The notes beneath the pieces are model-generated. The model made no database searches and was not told where the DNA came from. It saw only the letters and a program-made list of their open reading frames with translations. A DNA stretch of 64,000 bases from an uncultured Chloroflexota bacterium (GTDB lineage Bacteria > Chloroflexota > Dehalococcoidia > UBA2979): the NCBI GenBank assembly GCA_913051185.1, contig CAJXBM010000003.1:121-64120 (forward strand), written 5' to 3'. Positions 1 through 10,342 of this stretch are shown here, piece by piece. Each line of letters opens with the position of its first letter. The stretch's first letter is position 1. The translations under genes and the position numbers were made by a program.

Positions 1-180
1 GAGCCTTGCCTGCTTCGGACTCATTTATATTGAAAAAAAAACGAGCAATAATTTCTCTATAGCACTGTTTAATTTTTGTTGAGTTATCAGCTATGACCTG
101 AATTTGGATAGGCGCAGCTGCGTCTTATGGGTGTCCTATGCTAACCTCTTTATAGGCGAGGACAGAGGGGATGCGAGTCT

Positions 181-2712
181 ATGGCTGATCGATTTGACAA
201 GTTCACAGAGCGTGCACGACGTGTTTTGACGCTGGCTCAAGATGAAGCTCAAAGGTTTAATCATAATTATATTGGTACAGAGCATTTGCTCTTGGGACTG
301 GTGCGTGAAAGTGATGGCGTAGCAGCTCGAATTTTAGCTAATCTCTCAGTCGAGCTTCCGAAAGTCCGCTCATCAGTTGAATTCATCATTGGGACCGGCG
401 ATCGAGCGTCTTCTGAAGATATTGGTTTAACTCCGCGTGCTAAGCGAGTAATTGAACTAGCTGTTGATGAAGCCCGGAGACTTAATCATTCCTATATTGG
501 AACTGAGCATATTCTTTTGGGTCTGGTTCGCGAAGGCGAGGGGATAGCGGCTGGGGTGTTAGAGTCTCTTGGTGTCAATTTGGCCCGAGTTCGGAATGAA
601 GCACAGAGAGTGCTGGCCCAGAGTGGAACTGAACCGTCTAAGCAACCAGCGGTGGCAGGACAGAGACAGGATCGAACCCCATTATTGAATCAGTTGGGGG
701 TCGATCTGACAGAAATGGCCCGATCTAGTCAACTAGATACGATCGTTGGTAGAGGGAGTGAGATTGAAAGAGTCATTCAGATTTTATCTCGTCGTACGAA
801 AAATAATCCAGTTCTGATTGGCGAACCAGGTGTTGGTAAAACGGCGATTGCAGAGGGACTTGCCCAACGGATTATTACTGGTGATGTTCCAGACACCCTT
901 ATAGGAAAACGTATGCTCACTCTTGACATCGGTTTGCTGGTAGCAGGAACTAAGTACCGAGGCGAGTTTGAAGAAAGACTAAAGAAGGTTATTGCTGAGA
1001 TTAAATCAGCTTCGAATTGCGTTTTGTTTATAGACGAGCTGCATATGCTCGTTGGGGCAGGGGCTGCAGAGGGAGCAGTGGACGCCGCAAATATACTAAA
1101 GCCAGCTTTGGCTCGAGGTGAGATACAGGCTATCGGTGCGACTACTCTTGATGAGTACCGTAAGCATATTGAGCGGGATGCGGCCCTGGAGAGACGTTTT
1201 CAACCGGTGCGCGTAGAGGAACCTTCGGTAGATGAGACTATTGAGATTCTGAAAGGTGTGCGTGGAGCTTATGAAGATCATCACAAGCTAACCATTGGTG
1301 ACGATGCCATCGGTGCTGCTGCAGAACTTTCCACTAGATATGTATCTGACAGATTTCTTCCAGACAAGGCTATCGACCTAATTGATGAAGCATCTGCACG
1401 CGTGCGAATACGGCGATATGCTGTGCCTCCCTCTCTGCGTGAGGTTAGAAATAGTCTTGCGGCTTTGAGAAAAGAGAAAGATGATGCATCATCTGATCAG
1501 GAATATGAGCAGGCTAATGATCTCCGTCAACGTGAACAGCGCCTCGAAGTGGAATTAGAAGCACTTGAAAAAGAAGTTGCTGATGAGCAGTCAAAAGATA
1601 TTCCAGTTGTTGGTGAGGATGATATTCGAGATGTAATCTCCCAATGGACTGGTGTACCACTTTCGAGAATCGCTGCTGAGGAGTCACAGCGGTTGCTGCA
1701 GATGGACTCATTTATCAAGGAAAAGGTCATTGGGCAAGATGATGCAGTCGAAGCTGTTACGAGGGCAGTGCGACGCGCGAGCGCCGGTCTGAAAGATCCG
1801 AAACGGCCGATAGGTGTATTTATGTTTCTTGGGCCTACAGGAGTAGGGAAAACATACTTGGCAGAGATGCTTGGTGAGTTTATGTTCGGATCCAAAGACA
1901 ATATCGTCAGAATTGACATGTCTGAATTCATGGAAAAGCACACGGTATCTAGATTGGTGGGTTCTCCTCCTGGGTATGTCGGATACGAAGATGGTGGCCA
2001 ATTAACAGATGTGGTTCGTCGAAAGAGCTATTGCTTGATTTTGTTGGATGAGATTGAAAAGGCTCATCCAGATGTTTTCAATACGCTCTTACAAATCTTT
2101 GATGATGGACATTTATCTGATGCGAAAGGACGTAAGGTAGACTTTCGAAATACGATTATCATCATGACTTCAAATGTGGGATCCGATCTTATTCGGAAGG
2201 ATTCAAAGGTAGGATTCCAAACGATTCTTGATGAATCTAAAACTGTTGAAGATCAGTATCGTCGAATGAAGGATAAGGTTGAGGAAGAAGAAAAACGCGT
2301 ATTTAAGCCTGAGTTTTTAAATAGAATTGACCAGTCCGTGGTATTTCATGCATTGTCACCTGAGCATATCAGAGAAATTGTAGATTTAGATCTCAACGAC
2401 TTGCGTGCGAACCTACGACAAAAGCATATGCGAATGGAAGTTACAACAGAGGTTCTTGATTACTTGGGTGACCGAGGCTGGGATCCGGTATTTGGTGCTA
2501 GGCCTTTACGTCGACTCATTCAGAGCGAGGTTGAAGATAAATTATCTGATAGGTTGTTGTCGAGTGAATTTAACGAAGGTGACACTGTTAAGTTAATTAT
2601 TACTGACGGCGAAGTTGGCTTCGAGCGAATTGAAATGTTGGAAGACGCGTCCGGTGATATTGAGACATCTGAGGGAGACAGGGAAGGTGCCGAAGAACCT
2701 GTCTTAACGTAG
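181..2712 (+). CDS. clpC: ATP-dependent Clp protease ATP-binding subunit ClpC (Hsp100 AAA+ unfoldase)
   Basis: 843-aa ORF. Two N-terminal Clp_N repeats ([14 protein letters not shown] / [14 protein letters not shown]). Two AAA+ modules with Walker A GEPGVGKT and GPTGVGKT and Walker B FIDELH / LLDEIEKAH, separated by a UVR-like linker ([13 protein letters not shown]). GAGGGGA Shine-Dalgarno about 10 nt upstream of the ATG. Confidence 0.95.
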   Translation: MADRFDKFTERARRVLTLAQDEAQRFNHNYIGTEHLLLGLVRESDGVAARILANLSVELPKVRSSVEFIIGTGDRASSEDIGLTPRAKRVIELAVDEARRLNHSYIGTEHILLGLVREGEGIAAGVLESLGVNLARVRNEAQRVLAQSGTEPSKQPAVAGQRQDRTPLLNQLGVDLTEMARSSQLDTIVGRGSEIERVIQILSRRTKNNPVLIGEPGVGKTAIAEGLAQRIITGDVPDTLIGKRMLTLDIGLLVAGTKYRGEFEERLKKVIAEIKSASNCVLFIDELHMLVGAGAAEGAVDAANILKPALARGEIQAIGATTLDEYRKHIERDAALERRFQPVRVEEPSVDETIEILKGVRGAYEDHHKLTIGDDAIGAAAELSTRYVSDRFLPDKAIDLIDEASARVRIRRYAVPPSLREVRNSLAALRKEKDDASSDQEYEQANDLRQREQRLEVELEALEKEVADEQSKDIPVVGEDDIRDVISQWTGVPLSRIAAEESQRLLQMDSFIKEKVIGQDDAVEAVTRAVRRASAGLKDPKRPIGVFMFLGPTGVGKTYLAEMLGEFMFGSKDNIVRIDMSEFMEKHTVSRLVGSPPGYVGYEDGGQLTDVVRRKSYCLILLDEIEKAHPDVFNTLLQIFDDGHLSDAKGRKVDFRNTIIIMTSNVGSDLIRKDSKVGFQTILDESKTVEDQYRRMKDKVEEEEKRVFKPEFLNRIDQSVVFHALSPEHIREIVDLDLNDLRANLRQKHMRMEVTTEVLDYLGDRGWDPVFGARPLRRLIQSEVEDKLSDRLLSSEFNEGDTVKLIITDGEVGFERIEMLEDASGDIETSEGDREGAEEPVLT

Positions 2713-2734
2713 TTGTTTTTAGAGGAAATGCTTC

Positions 2735-3613
2735 GTGTTCGACCGTCTCGATAAAAAGCGTCGTGATGTCGAATGGCTTGCCACGGTGCGAGAGTCGAGA
2801 GCGTTTCGTTATTTAGTCCTTGATGTGGATGCTCATCTAATATATACAAGAGATGTACAGGATCTTTCGGATCTTCCATTATTCTCGACCGATTTACTAC
2901 CTTCTGATTTTGACGTCAAAGCGCATGGTTTATTTTTAGGCGAGCGTGATGGCGAATTGATATTTTGTTTTGATATCGGAGTAATGGGACCGATATTTAC
3001 AGATATGACCGAGTCAGTGGATTCACGTTTGGTTACCCAAAATTTATCTCCCACGGATAGCTCTATTTTTTTGATGGCTAGAGGTTTGAATCTCTGGTCA
3101 GAAACTGTGCAATTTTGTGGCCGCTGCGGTTCACCGACGGAAAAGTTGGCTGGAGGGATGTCATATCGTTGTGGGCGAGCGTCTTGCAGTACCAAGCACT
3201 ATCCAAAAATCGATCCGGCAGTGATTATGCTCGTTACTGACGGCGCAAATCAAGTGGCTTTAGGACGTGGTCGTCGGCATCCAGAAGGAATGTTTTCTTG
3301 CTTTGCTGGATTTCTTGAGCCAGGCGAATCGATTGAAGATGCAGTTGTGCGTGAAGTCAAGGAGGAAAGCGGCCTCCATGTAGAAGAGCTTCATTATTTT
3401 TCTTCTCAGGCTTGGCCATATCCGTCAGCTGTGATGATTGGATTTATTGCTACAGCGCGAAAGACTGAACTTGAACTCGACTCGGATGAAATACTTGATG
3501 GGCGTTGGTTTTCTCGATCCGAGCTGGAGGTCGCAAGTCAGGCGAAGAGTCAGATGTTACCTCGACCGGGTTCGCTTGCTCGCCAATTATTAGACCAATG
3601 GTTAAATAAATAA
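2735..3613 (+). CDS. nudC: NudC-type Nudix hydrolase (NADH pyrophosphatase family)
   Basis: 292-aa ORF with a GTG start preceded by AGAGGAA. A C4 zinc ribbon (CGRCGSPT...YRCGRASC) lies directly N-terminal to the Nudix box GFLEPGESIEDAVVREVKEESGL, which is the NudC architecture. Confidence 0.8.
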   Translation: MFDRLDKKRRDVEWLATVRESRAFRYLVLDVDAHLIYTRDVQDLSDLPLFSTDLLPSDFDVKAHGLFLGERDGELIFCFDIGVMGPIFTDMTESVDSRLVTQNLSPTDSSIFLMARGLNLWSETVQFCGRCGSPTEKLAGGMSYRCGRASCSTKHYPKIDPAVIMLVTDGANQVALGRGRRHPEGMFSCFAGFLEPGESIEDAVVREVKEESGLHVEELHYFSSQAWPYPSAVMIGFIATARKTELELDSDEILDGRWFSRSELEVASQAKSQMLPRPGSLARQLLDQWLNK

Positions 3614-3647
3614 TTAAGCTTTAACTGGCAGAGTATGTTTATTATCT

Positions 3648-4721
3648 CTAGGGGTATTCATGGCGTGTGCGGTTCATTGACTGCAACAGACCTATCAAAA
3701 TGAATACTGATATTACAGACGAGCCGCCAGCAGATATAAGCGGTAGCGTGATTCCAGTAGTGGGGATAAACCGAGTATTTACGCCGATATGTACTATTGA
3801 CTGAATTGTAAATAAGCTGGTCAATCCCAAGATTGCTAGTTGGTTAAATGCCATATTGTGGTTAGTTGCGAGAGCTATACCTCTTGACATGACTATGATG
3901 ACTAGCCCACAAACAAGGATTCCGCCAAATGCACCAGTGGTCTCAAGCCATTGTGCAAAAACGAAATCAGAGTTTCTGACGGAGATTCCAGCCAAGGCCT
4001 GGCTTTCGGAGAAAAAACCGTTACCCCAAAAGCCACTTCCATTTAGAGCAATATCAATTTGTTTCGCGGTATAACCAGACCCAAGAGGATCTCTGCTCGG
4101 GTCAATGAATGTGGCAATTCGGTCAAGTTGATAACTAGGGATGATTGACGCGGCAACCGGAAGAAGTCCTACACCGAGCAGGATTATAGCGATCACGGTC
4201 TTCCATGGCATCCCCCAAAGAAAAATCATCAGGATGCAAGAAAAAATTAACACTAACGTCGATCCTAGATCGGGTTGAAGTAGGATCATAAAAGTTGGGA
4301 TTCCCGCGATCACGAGGACTAGACAAAGTGGGATAAAGCCTGGTCTGTATCGGCTCCCAATAAAAGCAATCATCAATATTGTCGTGATTTTGACTAATTC
4401 CATTGGCTGAAAACTGAGTGGCCCCAGTTTTAGCCATCGTCTGGCACCAAATGATTCGTCTCCTACTAATATGACTAATGCGAGCAACAATAGGCCGAAA
4501 AGGTATCCACTAGGTGAGATTGTCTTCAGCATGTCACTAGGCATGTGAGTTATTGTGATCATTGTGACTAGGCCAATTAGCCCGAAAGCAACGTGGCTGA
4601 TAGTAGACGATGTAAGCGAGCTAAAGTCTTCGCCAGTTGAGGTTTGAAGACTTACTACACCGATCAAAAGCATCGTGAAGCTAGAAAAAAATAGCACGGG
4701 ATCTGCTATAACGATTCGCAC
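3648..4721 (-). CDS. rodA: SEDS-family peptidoglycan polymerase RodA
   Basis: 357-aa polytopic membrane ORF with the SEDS C-terminal signature TGITLPLISAGGSSVISVFILIGLL. It lies directly downstream of mrdA in the mre cluster, so RodA is more likely than FtsW. The start appears to be GTG. Confidence 0.85.
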   Translation of the reverse strand: MRIVIADPVLFFSSFTMLLIGVVSLQTSTGEDFSSLTSSTISHVAFGLIGLVTMITITHMPSDMLKTISPSGYLFGLLLLALVILVGDESFGARRWLKLGPLSFQPMELVKITTILMIAFIGSRYRPGFIPLCLVLVIAGIPTFMILLQPDLGSTLVLIFSCILMIFLWGMPWKTVIAIILLGVGLLPVAASIIPSYQLDRIATFIDPSRDPLGSGYTAKQIDIALNGSGFWGNGFFSESQALAGISVRNSDFVFAQWLETTGAFGGILVCGLVIIVMSRGIALATNHNMAFNQLAILGLTSLFTIQSIVHIGVNTRFIPTTGITLPLISAGGSSVISVFILIGLLQSMNRTRHEYP

Positions 4722-4766
4722 GAGTCGGATTATAAGAATAAGTATCTCCTGCTCTCTGGGTCTCGT

Positions 4767-6647
4767 TTATTCGGATCGTGAGGCTAAATAGGCTTCAAAA
4801 ATATCTTTCGCAACTGGCGAGGCATGGTACGCCCCGTTTCCATGCTTGATATATACCGCGATTGCTATCTCCGGATTAGGGATTGGTCCGAATGCAATGA
4901 CAAATCCGTGTTCATCGTAAGTTCCATCGGAATAGGGCGGTCCGAATTCAGCAGTGCCTGTTTTTGCACCAATTTTATATCCATCAGGTTTAGCTCTTTG
5001 CGCAGTTCCATCAGGGCCGGAAGCCGTGGCGACCATCGCATCATGTATAAACGAGAAATGCTCAGTTTTGGCGGGAATTTTTTCAAAAGCACGAGTGCCA
5101 TCCGTGTTTTTGATAATTGTTGGTTTTAGCCGAGTGCCTCCGTTTGCAAGAGCTCCCGTATAGACTGCTAGCTGCAGCGGTGTCGAGAGAAGATTGCCCT
5201 GACCGATTCCGAATTGATATGTGTCGCCCAACGTCCATGCTTCATTTATTACATTTTTTTTCCACGCTTCCGACGGTACAAGTCCACTTGATTCGGTGGT
5301 TACCTCTAGTCCCGTATTCATTCCAAAGCCGAAGCGACTGGCCCAGGTAGCAATATTTTCCGAACCAAGTCCCTTGATATCGTCACCGGTTGGAATAGTG
5401 CCTGGCGGCCAACCTCCTGCTAATACATAGAAATAGATATCTGATGAGCGGACAATAGCCCGAGTCATATCTAATGATCCATGTGGGTACCAATCTCGAA
5501 AAATTGTCGGGTCTGCTTCTGGATAATACATATTTGGGACTAATAATTCACCAGTACTTACGATATGTGTATTTGGATGAGCCGTACCAGCCTCAAGGGC
5601 AGCAAGCGCAACCAAAGGTTTAAAGGTTGAGCCAGGAGGTTCAAGGCTCATGGTTGCCCTGCTGACAAGCGGTTTTTGAGGAGCAGAGAGTACAGCATTT
5701 AATTCGTCTGAACGGTCAGCACTTGAGAAGATATTTGGATCGTAGTCGGGGGCGCTTGCTAAGGCCAAAATTTCACCTGTTCGGACATCCATGACAACAA
5801 AAGCACCTTCCGGTGTGTAGGCCCCACGTCCCTCTCGCAGACTTGGGTCTCGTGCGTCGCTAATCCCGGCTTGAATATACTTTTTAAGCGACTTGAATCC
5901 TTCGAGTTGAAATTGATAATCAATCGTAAGGGTTACGTCTGTGCCCGCTTGACTTGATTTACTCGATCTGACTGAGTACGATCGGCCAGTTAGATCACTT
6001 TGCACTACTGATTCGCCTGTGACACCTCGTAATGATTGTTCTTGTGTGGCTTCCACCCCACTTACTCCAATTAAAGAAGTCGGTTTGTAATTAGCTAACG
6101 TATTTATGTTCTGATCGACTGAGTCAAGCCGTCCAAGATAGCCAATGACATGAGCTAACCCAGAGTTCATAACGTGATATTGGCGACGAATAACTGGTCT
6201 TATTTCAAATGCTGGATATTTATTTAGGAGAGAGCCGAGGCGAATAGCTTCGCGGCTAGATATGTCTTGCTTGATTACTCTAGGCTCGTAGGGATCGTTA
6301 ATTGAGAGGTCACTTTTTAATATTGACTCTAGCCACGAAATGTCCAGGTCCGCAGTATCAGCGAGAAGTGTCAGAATTTCGTATTTTTTACCGTCGTCTT
6401 TAGGAAAAAAACCCGGGATTATCAGTACCTCTAGAGAGGAAATATTTCCAGCTAGAAGCTCTCCATTTTTGTCAAATATATTACCCCTGACGGGTTCGAT
6501 TTGTTCTACTGACTCCTGCAATAAAAGGTCATTGTCAATAACTTGGGCGGAGTCTATGACGGTTTTCTTGATGATTATACCAATCGAAAAAATCATTGTG
6601 ATGATAAGAATTAATGAAATAATTGTGATGCGTGCTGATTTTTCCAT
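4767..6647 (-). CDS. mrdA: Class B penicillin-binding protein 2 (elongasome transpeptidase)
   Basis: 626-aa ORF with an N-terminal TM anchor and transpeptidase motifs SxxK (PPGSTFKP), SSD and KTGTAE. It sits between mreD and rodA. Confidence 0.9.
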   Translation of the reverse strand: MEKSARITIISLILIITMIFSIGIIIKKTVIDSAQVIDNDLLLQESVEQIEPVRGNIFDKNGELLAGNISSLEVLIIPGFFPKDDGKKYEILTLLADTADLDISWLESILKSDLSINDPYEPRVIKQDISSREAIRLGSLLNKYPAFEIRPVIRRQYHVMNSGLAHVIGYLGRLDSVDQNINTLANYKPTSLIGVSGVEATQEQSLRGVTGESVVQSDLTGRSYSVRSSKSSQAGTDVTLTIDYQFQLEGFKSLKKYIQAGISDARDPSLREGRGAYTPEGAFVVMDVRTGEILALASAPDYDPNIFSSADRSDELNAVLSAPQKPLVSRATMSLEPPGSTFKPLVALAALEAGTAHPNTHIVSTGELLVPNMYYPEADPTIFRDWYPHGSLDMTRAIVRSSDIYFYVLAGGWPPGTIPTGDDIKGLGSENIATWASRFGFGMNTGLEVTTESSGLVPSEAWKKNVINEAWTLGDTYQFGIGQGNLLSTPLQLAVYTGALANGGTRLKPTIIKNTDGTRAFEKIPAKTEHFSFIHDAMVATASGPDGTAQRAKPDGYKIGAKTGTAEFGPPYSDGTYDEHGFVIAFGPIPNPEIAIAVYIKHGNGAYHASPVAKDIFEAYLASRSE

Positions 6648-6656
6648 AAAAATACT

Positions 6657-7163
6657 TTACCGGTAAGCATTCTTGTTTTGTATATATAAGACCTGCAAAG
6701 AAGCCGCGCATAACACGCCAGTGATTATGGCTGTTGTTAGACTGCTGGCGAAGTAATTTTCAGTGGATAGAACCTCAAGAAAATTACCACGGCCCCAGTT
6801 TAGGACGAAGTGAAACCAGGATACAGACATGAAGCTTACGATCATAGAGGTCACTATCGTAAAGAGTGATCTAGCCTGCCACTCAATTTCAAAGGCTGCA
6901 TAAATCATAAAAATAACTGGGACTGCACTCAGTGCCAGAAGTAGTCGGGGCACGCTCATAATACTCAATCCTCCCCATATTACTGCGGTAATGAATATTG
7001 GTAGCCATACAGTCGACATGTTTTTACTTGACCCCAGCAGTGAAATGTAACAAATCGGGAGTATCGCTGCGTTTGTGGGTTCCCAAATATTTTGAACCAA
7101 AGAAATTTGGAAAAAAGTGATAAGGCAAGATAAAATCATGAGAACTAGCGGTTCTTTAATCAT
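6657..7163 (-). CDS. mreD: Rod shape-determining protein MreD (positional call)
   Basis: 168-aa strongly hydrophobic multi-TM ORF located exactly between mreC and mrdA. The assignment rests on position, size and hydrophobicity only. Confidence 0.6.
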   Translation of the reverse strand: MIKEPLVLMILSCLITFFQISLVQNIWEPTNAAILPICYISLLGSSKNMSTVWLPIFITAVIWGGLSIMSVPRLLLALSAVPVIFMIYAAFEIEWQARSLFTIVTSMIVSFMSVSWFHFVLNWGRGNFLEVLSTENYFASSLTTAIITGVLCAASLQVLYIQNKNAYR

Positions 7164-7165
7164 AT

Positions 7166-7978
7166 CTAATCCATCGCTTGTGACTGGAATTGTGGGTCGA
7201 AATCAGTAAGTATGTACAGCCTATCTAAATTGTTTAGGTCAGCCATTATTTCGACGATGATTTCCAGCATGATATTACTCTTACTATTGGTGACTCGTGT
7301 TACTGTGCCAATTATTATGCCGTAAGGGAATCGTCCGCCTATTACGCTTGTAACTAATATTTCCTTTTCTCGAATCTGTTCAGTTTTTGGGACATATCTC
7401 AACGCATGGGAATTTGAGTCATGGGTGAGAAGGCCTTGTGTTCTGGAATGTTCACCGATGGCTGGTATATTTGTCTTTACGTCATTAATTAGTTGAATAC
7501 GCGATGTTTCAGTCTCAACACTGACGACCAAGCCAGCGAGCAGGCCCATCTTATCAACGACAGGCTGTCCAGCCTGTACGGCCTGACTAGCTCCCACGTT
7601 CACAATAACCTGACTATTCCCGCTGACCATTTCTTGAAAAATCACATCTGCCTTCGTGAGGCTTGGATTATTAGGAATGGCAACGCGAGCAGAATTAAGG
7701 TTGTCTAGCTCTCTGAGACTAATAATCTCGGTGTTTAATTCAATGATTTCTTCACGTAGGATGGCATTCATTTCTTTCAAATTTTTAACCGACCCTTGTT
7801 CTGGGATGAGTTCCACCAAAGCTTGATACGTACTTTCGCTCACACTAGCGACAGGCGTCAATATTTTTAGCAAAACGGATTCCGCACGATCTCCAATCGG
7901 CGTCCAATTTAAAATAGTAAAACTAACTATCAAAATAATTAGTATTGAGAGCATGTTTGGGTTTGACCATCGCTCCAT
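7166..7978 (-). CDS. mreC: Rod shape-determining protein MreC
   Basis: 270-aa ORF with one N-terminal TM helix (MLSILIILIVSFTIL), a coiled-coil segment (LKEMNAILREEIIELNTEIISLRELD) and a beta-rich C-terminal part. It lies directly downstream of mreB. Confidence 0.8.
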   Translation of the reverse strand: MERWSNPNMLSILIILIVSFTILNWTPIGDRAESVLLKILTPVASVSESTYQALVELIPEQGSVKNLKEMNAILREEIIELNTEIISLRELDNLNSARVAIPNNPSLTKADVIFQEMVSGNSQVIVNVGASQAVQAGQPVVDKMGLLAGLVVSVETETSRIQLINDVKTNIPAIGEHSRTQGLLTHDSNSHALRYVPKTEQIREKEILVTSVIGGRFPYGIIIGTVTRVTNSKSNIMLEIIVEIMADLNNLDRLYILTDFDPQFQSQAMD

Positions 7979-8009
7979 TGTTGTCCTCGAGTTTCAGTCG
8001 TTTTCTGTC

Positions 8010-9083
8010 CTATTCCGGCAGCTTTCGGAGTGAGTCTTTGCTAGAAATCAGACGGAGGGTATCTGCCTCTGAAAGGGCGGCAGCGCACCCTTTTGCGACA
8101 GCCTTCAAAGGATCTTGGGCCACATAAACGTTGAACTTAGTTGAGGTTGAAAGCCGTTCATCAAGTCCCTTAAGTAGTGAACCTCCCCCGACGAGCGCTA
8201 TACCATTTGTCATTAGATCTGCTATAAGTTGTGGTGGCGCCTGCTGCAAGGTGCTTTGAACCATTGTTACGATGTCTGCCACAACTGGAGACAGCGCTAC
8301 GCGTAACTCGGCTGTTGAGATCGGAACACTTCGTGGCAAGCCAGATGCGATGTCTCTGCCGCGCACGTCTGCCGTGAATTCTTCAGTTAAAGGGATAGCT
8401 GATCCCGCGTCAATCTTGAGGCTCTCAGCGCTTCTAATGCCTACAACTAAGCCGTGTTGCTCTCGTAAGTAGCTGATGATGGCTTCGTCCATGGCATCAC
8501 CCGCAGCATTTGTCGACGAAGAAACAACCATTTCACCTAATGAAATCACCGCTGCTTCTGCAGTTCCACCACCGATATCGACGCACATAGTTCCCCCAGG
8601 TTCGGTAACTGGCAGGTTACATCCGATAGCAGCAGCCAAAGGTTCTTCGATGGTGAATGCCTCACGTGCACCCGACTCGTATGCGGCCTGGCGAACAGCC
8701 CTTTTCTCAACTTCAGTAGCCGCTGACGGTATTCCTATGACGACGCGTGGACGTGGGTTCGCATACCACGAATTTGGGTGCGCTTGGCGAATAAAGTACT
8801 GGAGCATGCGTTTTGTGGTATCAGCGTCAGAGATAACACCGTCACGTAACGGGCGAATGGCAACTACAGAAGCCGGAGTTCGACCAACCATTTTTTTAGC
8901 AGCTTCACCAATTGCTAGGGTTTTTGAAGAATCCTTATCGATTGCTACAACTGTTGGTTCGTCGATGATTACTCCACGGCCAGCTAGGGCCACGAGAGTG
9001 TTTGCAGTTCCAAGGTCTATACCCATGTCCTGAGAAACGCTTCCAAGAATTGTATTTGCCAAAAACTGAAACGGGTTACGCAT
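8010..9083 (-). CDS. mreB: Actin-like rod shape-determining protein MreB
   Basis: 357-aa ORF with actin/Hsp70-fold phosphate motifs GIDLGTANTLV and VDIGGGTAEAAV. It heads the mreBCD-mrdA-rodA run. Confidence 0.95.
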   Translation of the reverse strand: MRNPFQFLANTILGSVSQDMGIDLGTANTLVALAGRGVIIDEPTVVAIDKDSSKTLAIGEAAKKMVGRTPASVVAIRPLRDGVISDADTTKRMLQYFIRQAHPNSWYANPRPRVVIGIPSAATEVEKRAVRQAAYESGAREAFTIEEPLAAAIGCNLPVTEPGGTMCVDIGGGTAEAAVISLGEMVVSSSTNAAGDAMDEAIISYLREQHGLVVGIRSAESLKIDAGSAIPLTEEFTADVRGRDIASGLPRSVPISTAELRVALSPVVADIVTMVQSTLQQAPPQLIADLMTNGIALVGGGSLLKGLDERLSTSTKFNVYVAQDPLKAVAKGCAAALSEADTLRLISSKDSLRKLPE

Positions 9084-9170
9084 AGGTTTTTATCCGAATA
9101 TTAGTTTTACTTTCACCGGTCTTCCAGAAAACCACTACTAGTATAGCTGTGTGGAGAAAAGCCTATTATT

Positions 9171-10304
9171 TTACAAAGTGAAAATACTTTCGATCCCCCA
9201 GCCAATGGCAAATGTGAGAGAAGCGATAGATACTCCTATCGTCATCTGTCTGAATCCTGATTTCAATATGCTTTGACCTGTCAGGAGCGTGACTAACCCT
9301 CCCAAGGTAAATAGTCCAAGGGCGCATAACACCCCTGCAAAAAGGATATGAGCCACTGAATTACCGAAAAGGAAAGGGATGACTGGAATTATCGCTCCTA
9401 TAGAGAAGAGTAAAAAGGAGCTTATTGCAGCCTTCCAAGGGGATCCGATGTCATCTACATTGATCCCCAACTCTTCTCTCACCATAGTATCGCGAGCATT
9501 ATCAGGGCTCTGGAAGATTGACTCAACCAGTGCTTTCGCGTGTTCGCTAGAGACCCCCTTTGCCTGATATATCAGCTCGAGCTCACGTTTTTCTGCATCC
9601 GGATCTAGTCTTAATTCCTCTGTTTCGATAGCAATTTGTGCCTGTGCAGCTTCTTTCGTGGTCGTGACAGAAATCCATTCACCGAGACCCATGGAAACAG
9701 ATCCTGCTAATAGACCGGCAAATCCTGCTAAAACCACGGCTTCTTGACTAGGATTTGCCCCGGCAAATCCTGCCACCAGAAGCATGTTGGACACGAGACC
9801 ATCGCTTGATCCTAATACACCAGCTCGAAGCGTATCGCGCGAGGCAAAAGAGCTATGCCGTTGTTCTAATCGTGAAATCATGTTTCCTGATGCACCTGAA
9901 CTGCTCTCCAGTGCTGCAAAGACACGAGCATGAGAGGCTTCATCTGCCGGTAACATTTCTAATTCGGCAACCGAATCCCCCACGTACATGCTTGCAGCAT
10001 CGCTTTCAAATGCCTTTATTACGGGCAGGACGAGGTCAGGACTGAATTTTCTCGCAATCCACATGAGTGCCTTTGCTCGTATCGATGGTTCTGGCAGAGT
10101 ATTATCTGCATCTAATTTAGCTAACTCTTGCTGCCATAGATCAACATGCCGTTGCTCTGACTCAGCAAGGTGACTGTAGACCTCAATTAAATTCGAGTCA
10201 TTTTCTATCTCAGCAAGTTGTTGATATATAAAGATTCCATCTACTTCCTCGGCAAGATAGGATTTGTATTTCTTCTTGAGTTCTTTATCTGTTTGGCTGC
10301 TCAT
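9171..10304 (-). CDS. Erythrin-VIT1 fusion protein (MbfA-type membrane-bound ferritin / iron exporter)
   Basis: 377-aa ORF. N-terminal ferritin/rubrerythrin-like di-iron motifs (LAESEQRHVDLW; ADEASHARVF) are fused to a C-terminal VIT1/CCC1 membrane domain (GVLGSSDGLVSNMLLVAG and following TM helices). Confidence 0.7.
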   Translation of the reverse strand: MSSQTDKELKKKYKSYLAEEVDGIFIYQQLAEIENDSNLIEVYSHLAESEQRHVDLWQQELAKLDADNTLPEPSIRAKALMWIARKFSPDLVLPVIKAFESDAASMYVGDSVAELEMLPADEASHARVFAALESSSGASGNMISRLEQRHSSFASRDTLRAGVLGSSDGLVSNMLLVAGFAGANPSQEAVVLAGFAGLLAGSVSMGLGEWISVTTTKEAAQAQIAIETEELRLDPDAEKRELELIYQAKGVSSEHAKALVESIFQSPDNARDTMVREELGINVDDIGSPWKAAISSFLLFSIGAIIPVIPFLFGNSVAHILFAGVLCALGLFTLGGLVTLLTGQSILKSGFRQMTIGVSIASLTFAIGWGIESIFTL

Positions 10305-10342
10305 GGCCTACTTCAACCTCAGCATTGCTTATTTTAAATCTT

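Noticed and set aside
1-24. Possible start of a minus-strand gene running off the 5' edge (reverse complement ATGAGTCCGAAGCAGGCAAGGCTC).
   Set aside because: Only 8 codons are visible and there is no Shine-Dalgarno sequence, so it cannot be supported.
61-122. Possible heat-shock operator upstream of clpC: the CIRCE-like half-site ATAGCACTG at 59-67 and the 10-bp palindrome CGCAGCTGCG at 113-122. I also looked for CtsR repeats.
   Set aside because: The second CIRCE half (GAGTGCTAA) is absent at the required 9-nt spacing. No GGTCAAA direct repeats (CtsR) are present. The short GC palindrome alone is not diagnostic.
8476-9033. 185-aa ORF on the + strand antisense to mreB.
   Set aside because: The product is low-complexity (Ala/Ser/Thr/Pro-rich) with no motifs. 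The opposite strand encodes a full-length, motif-perfect MreB, so this is a typical shadow ORF.
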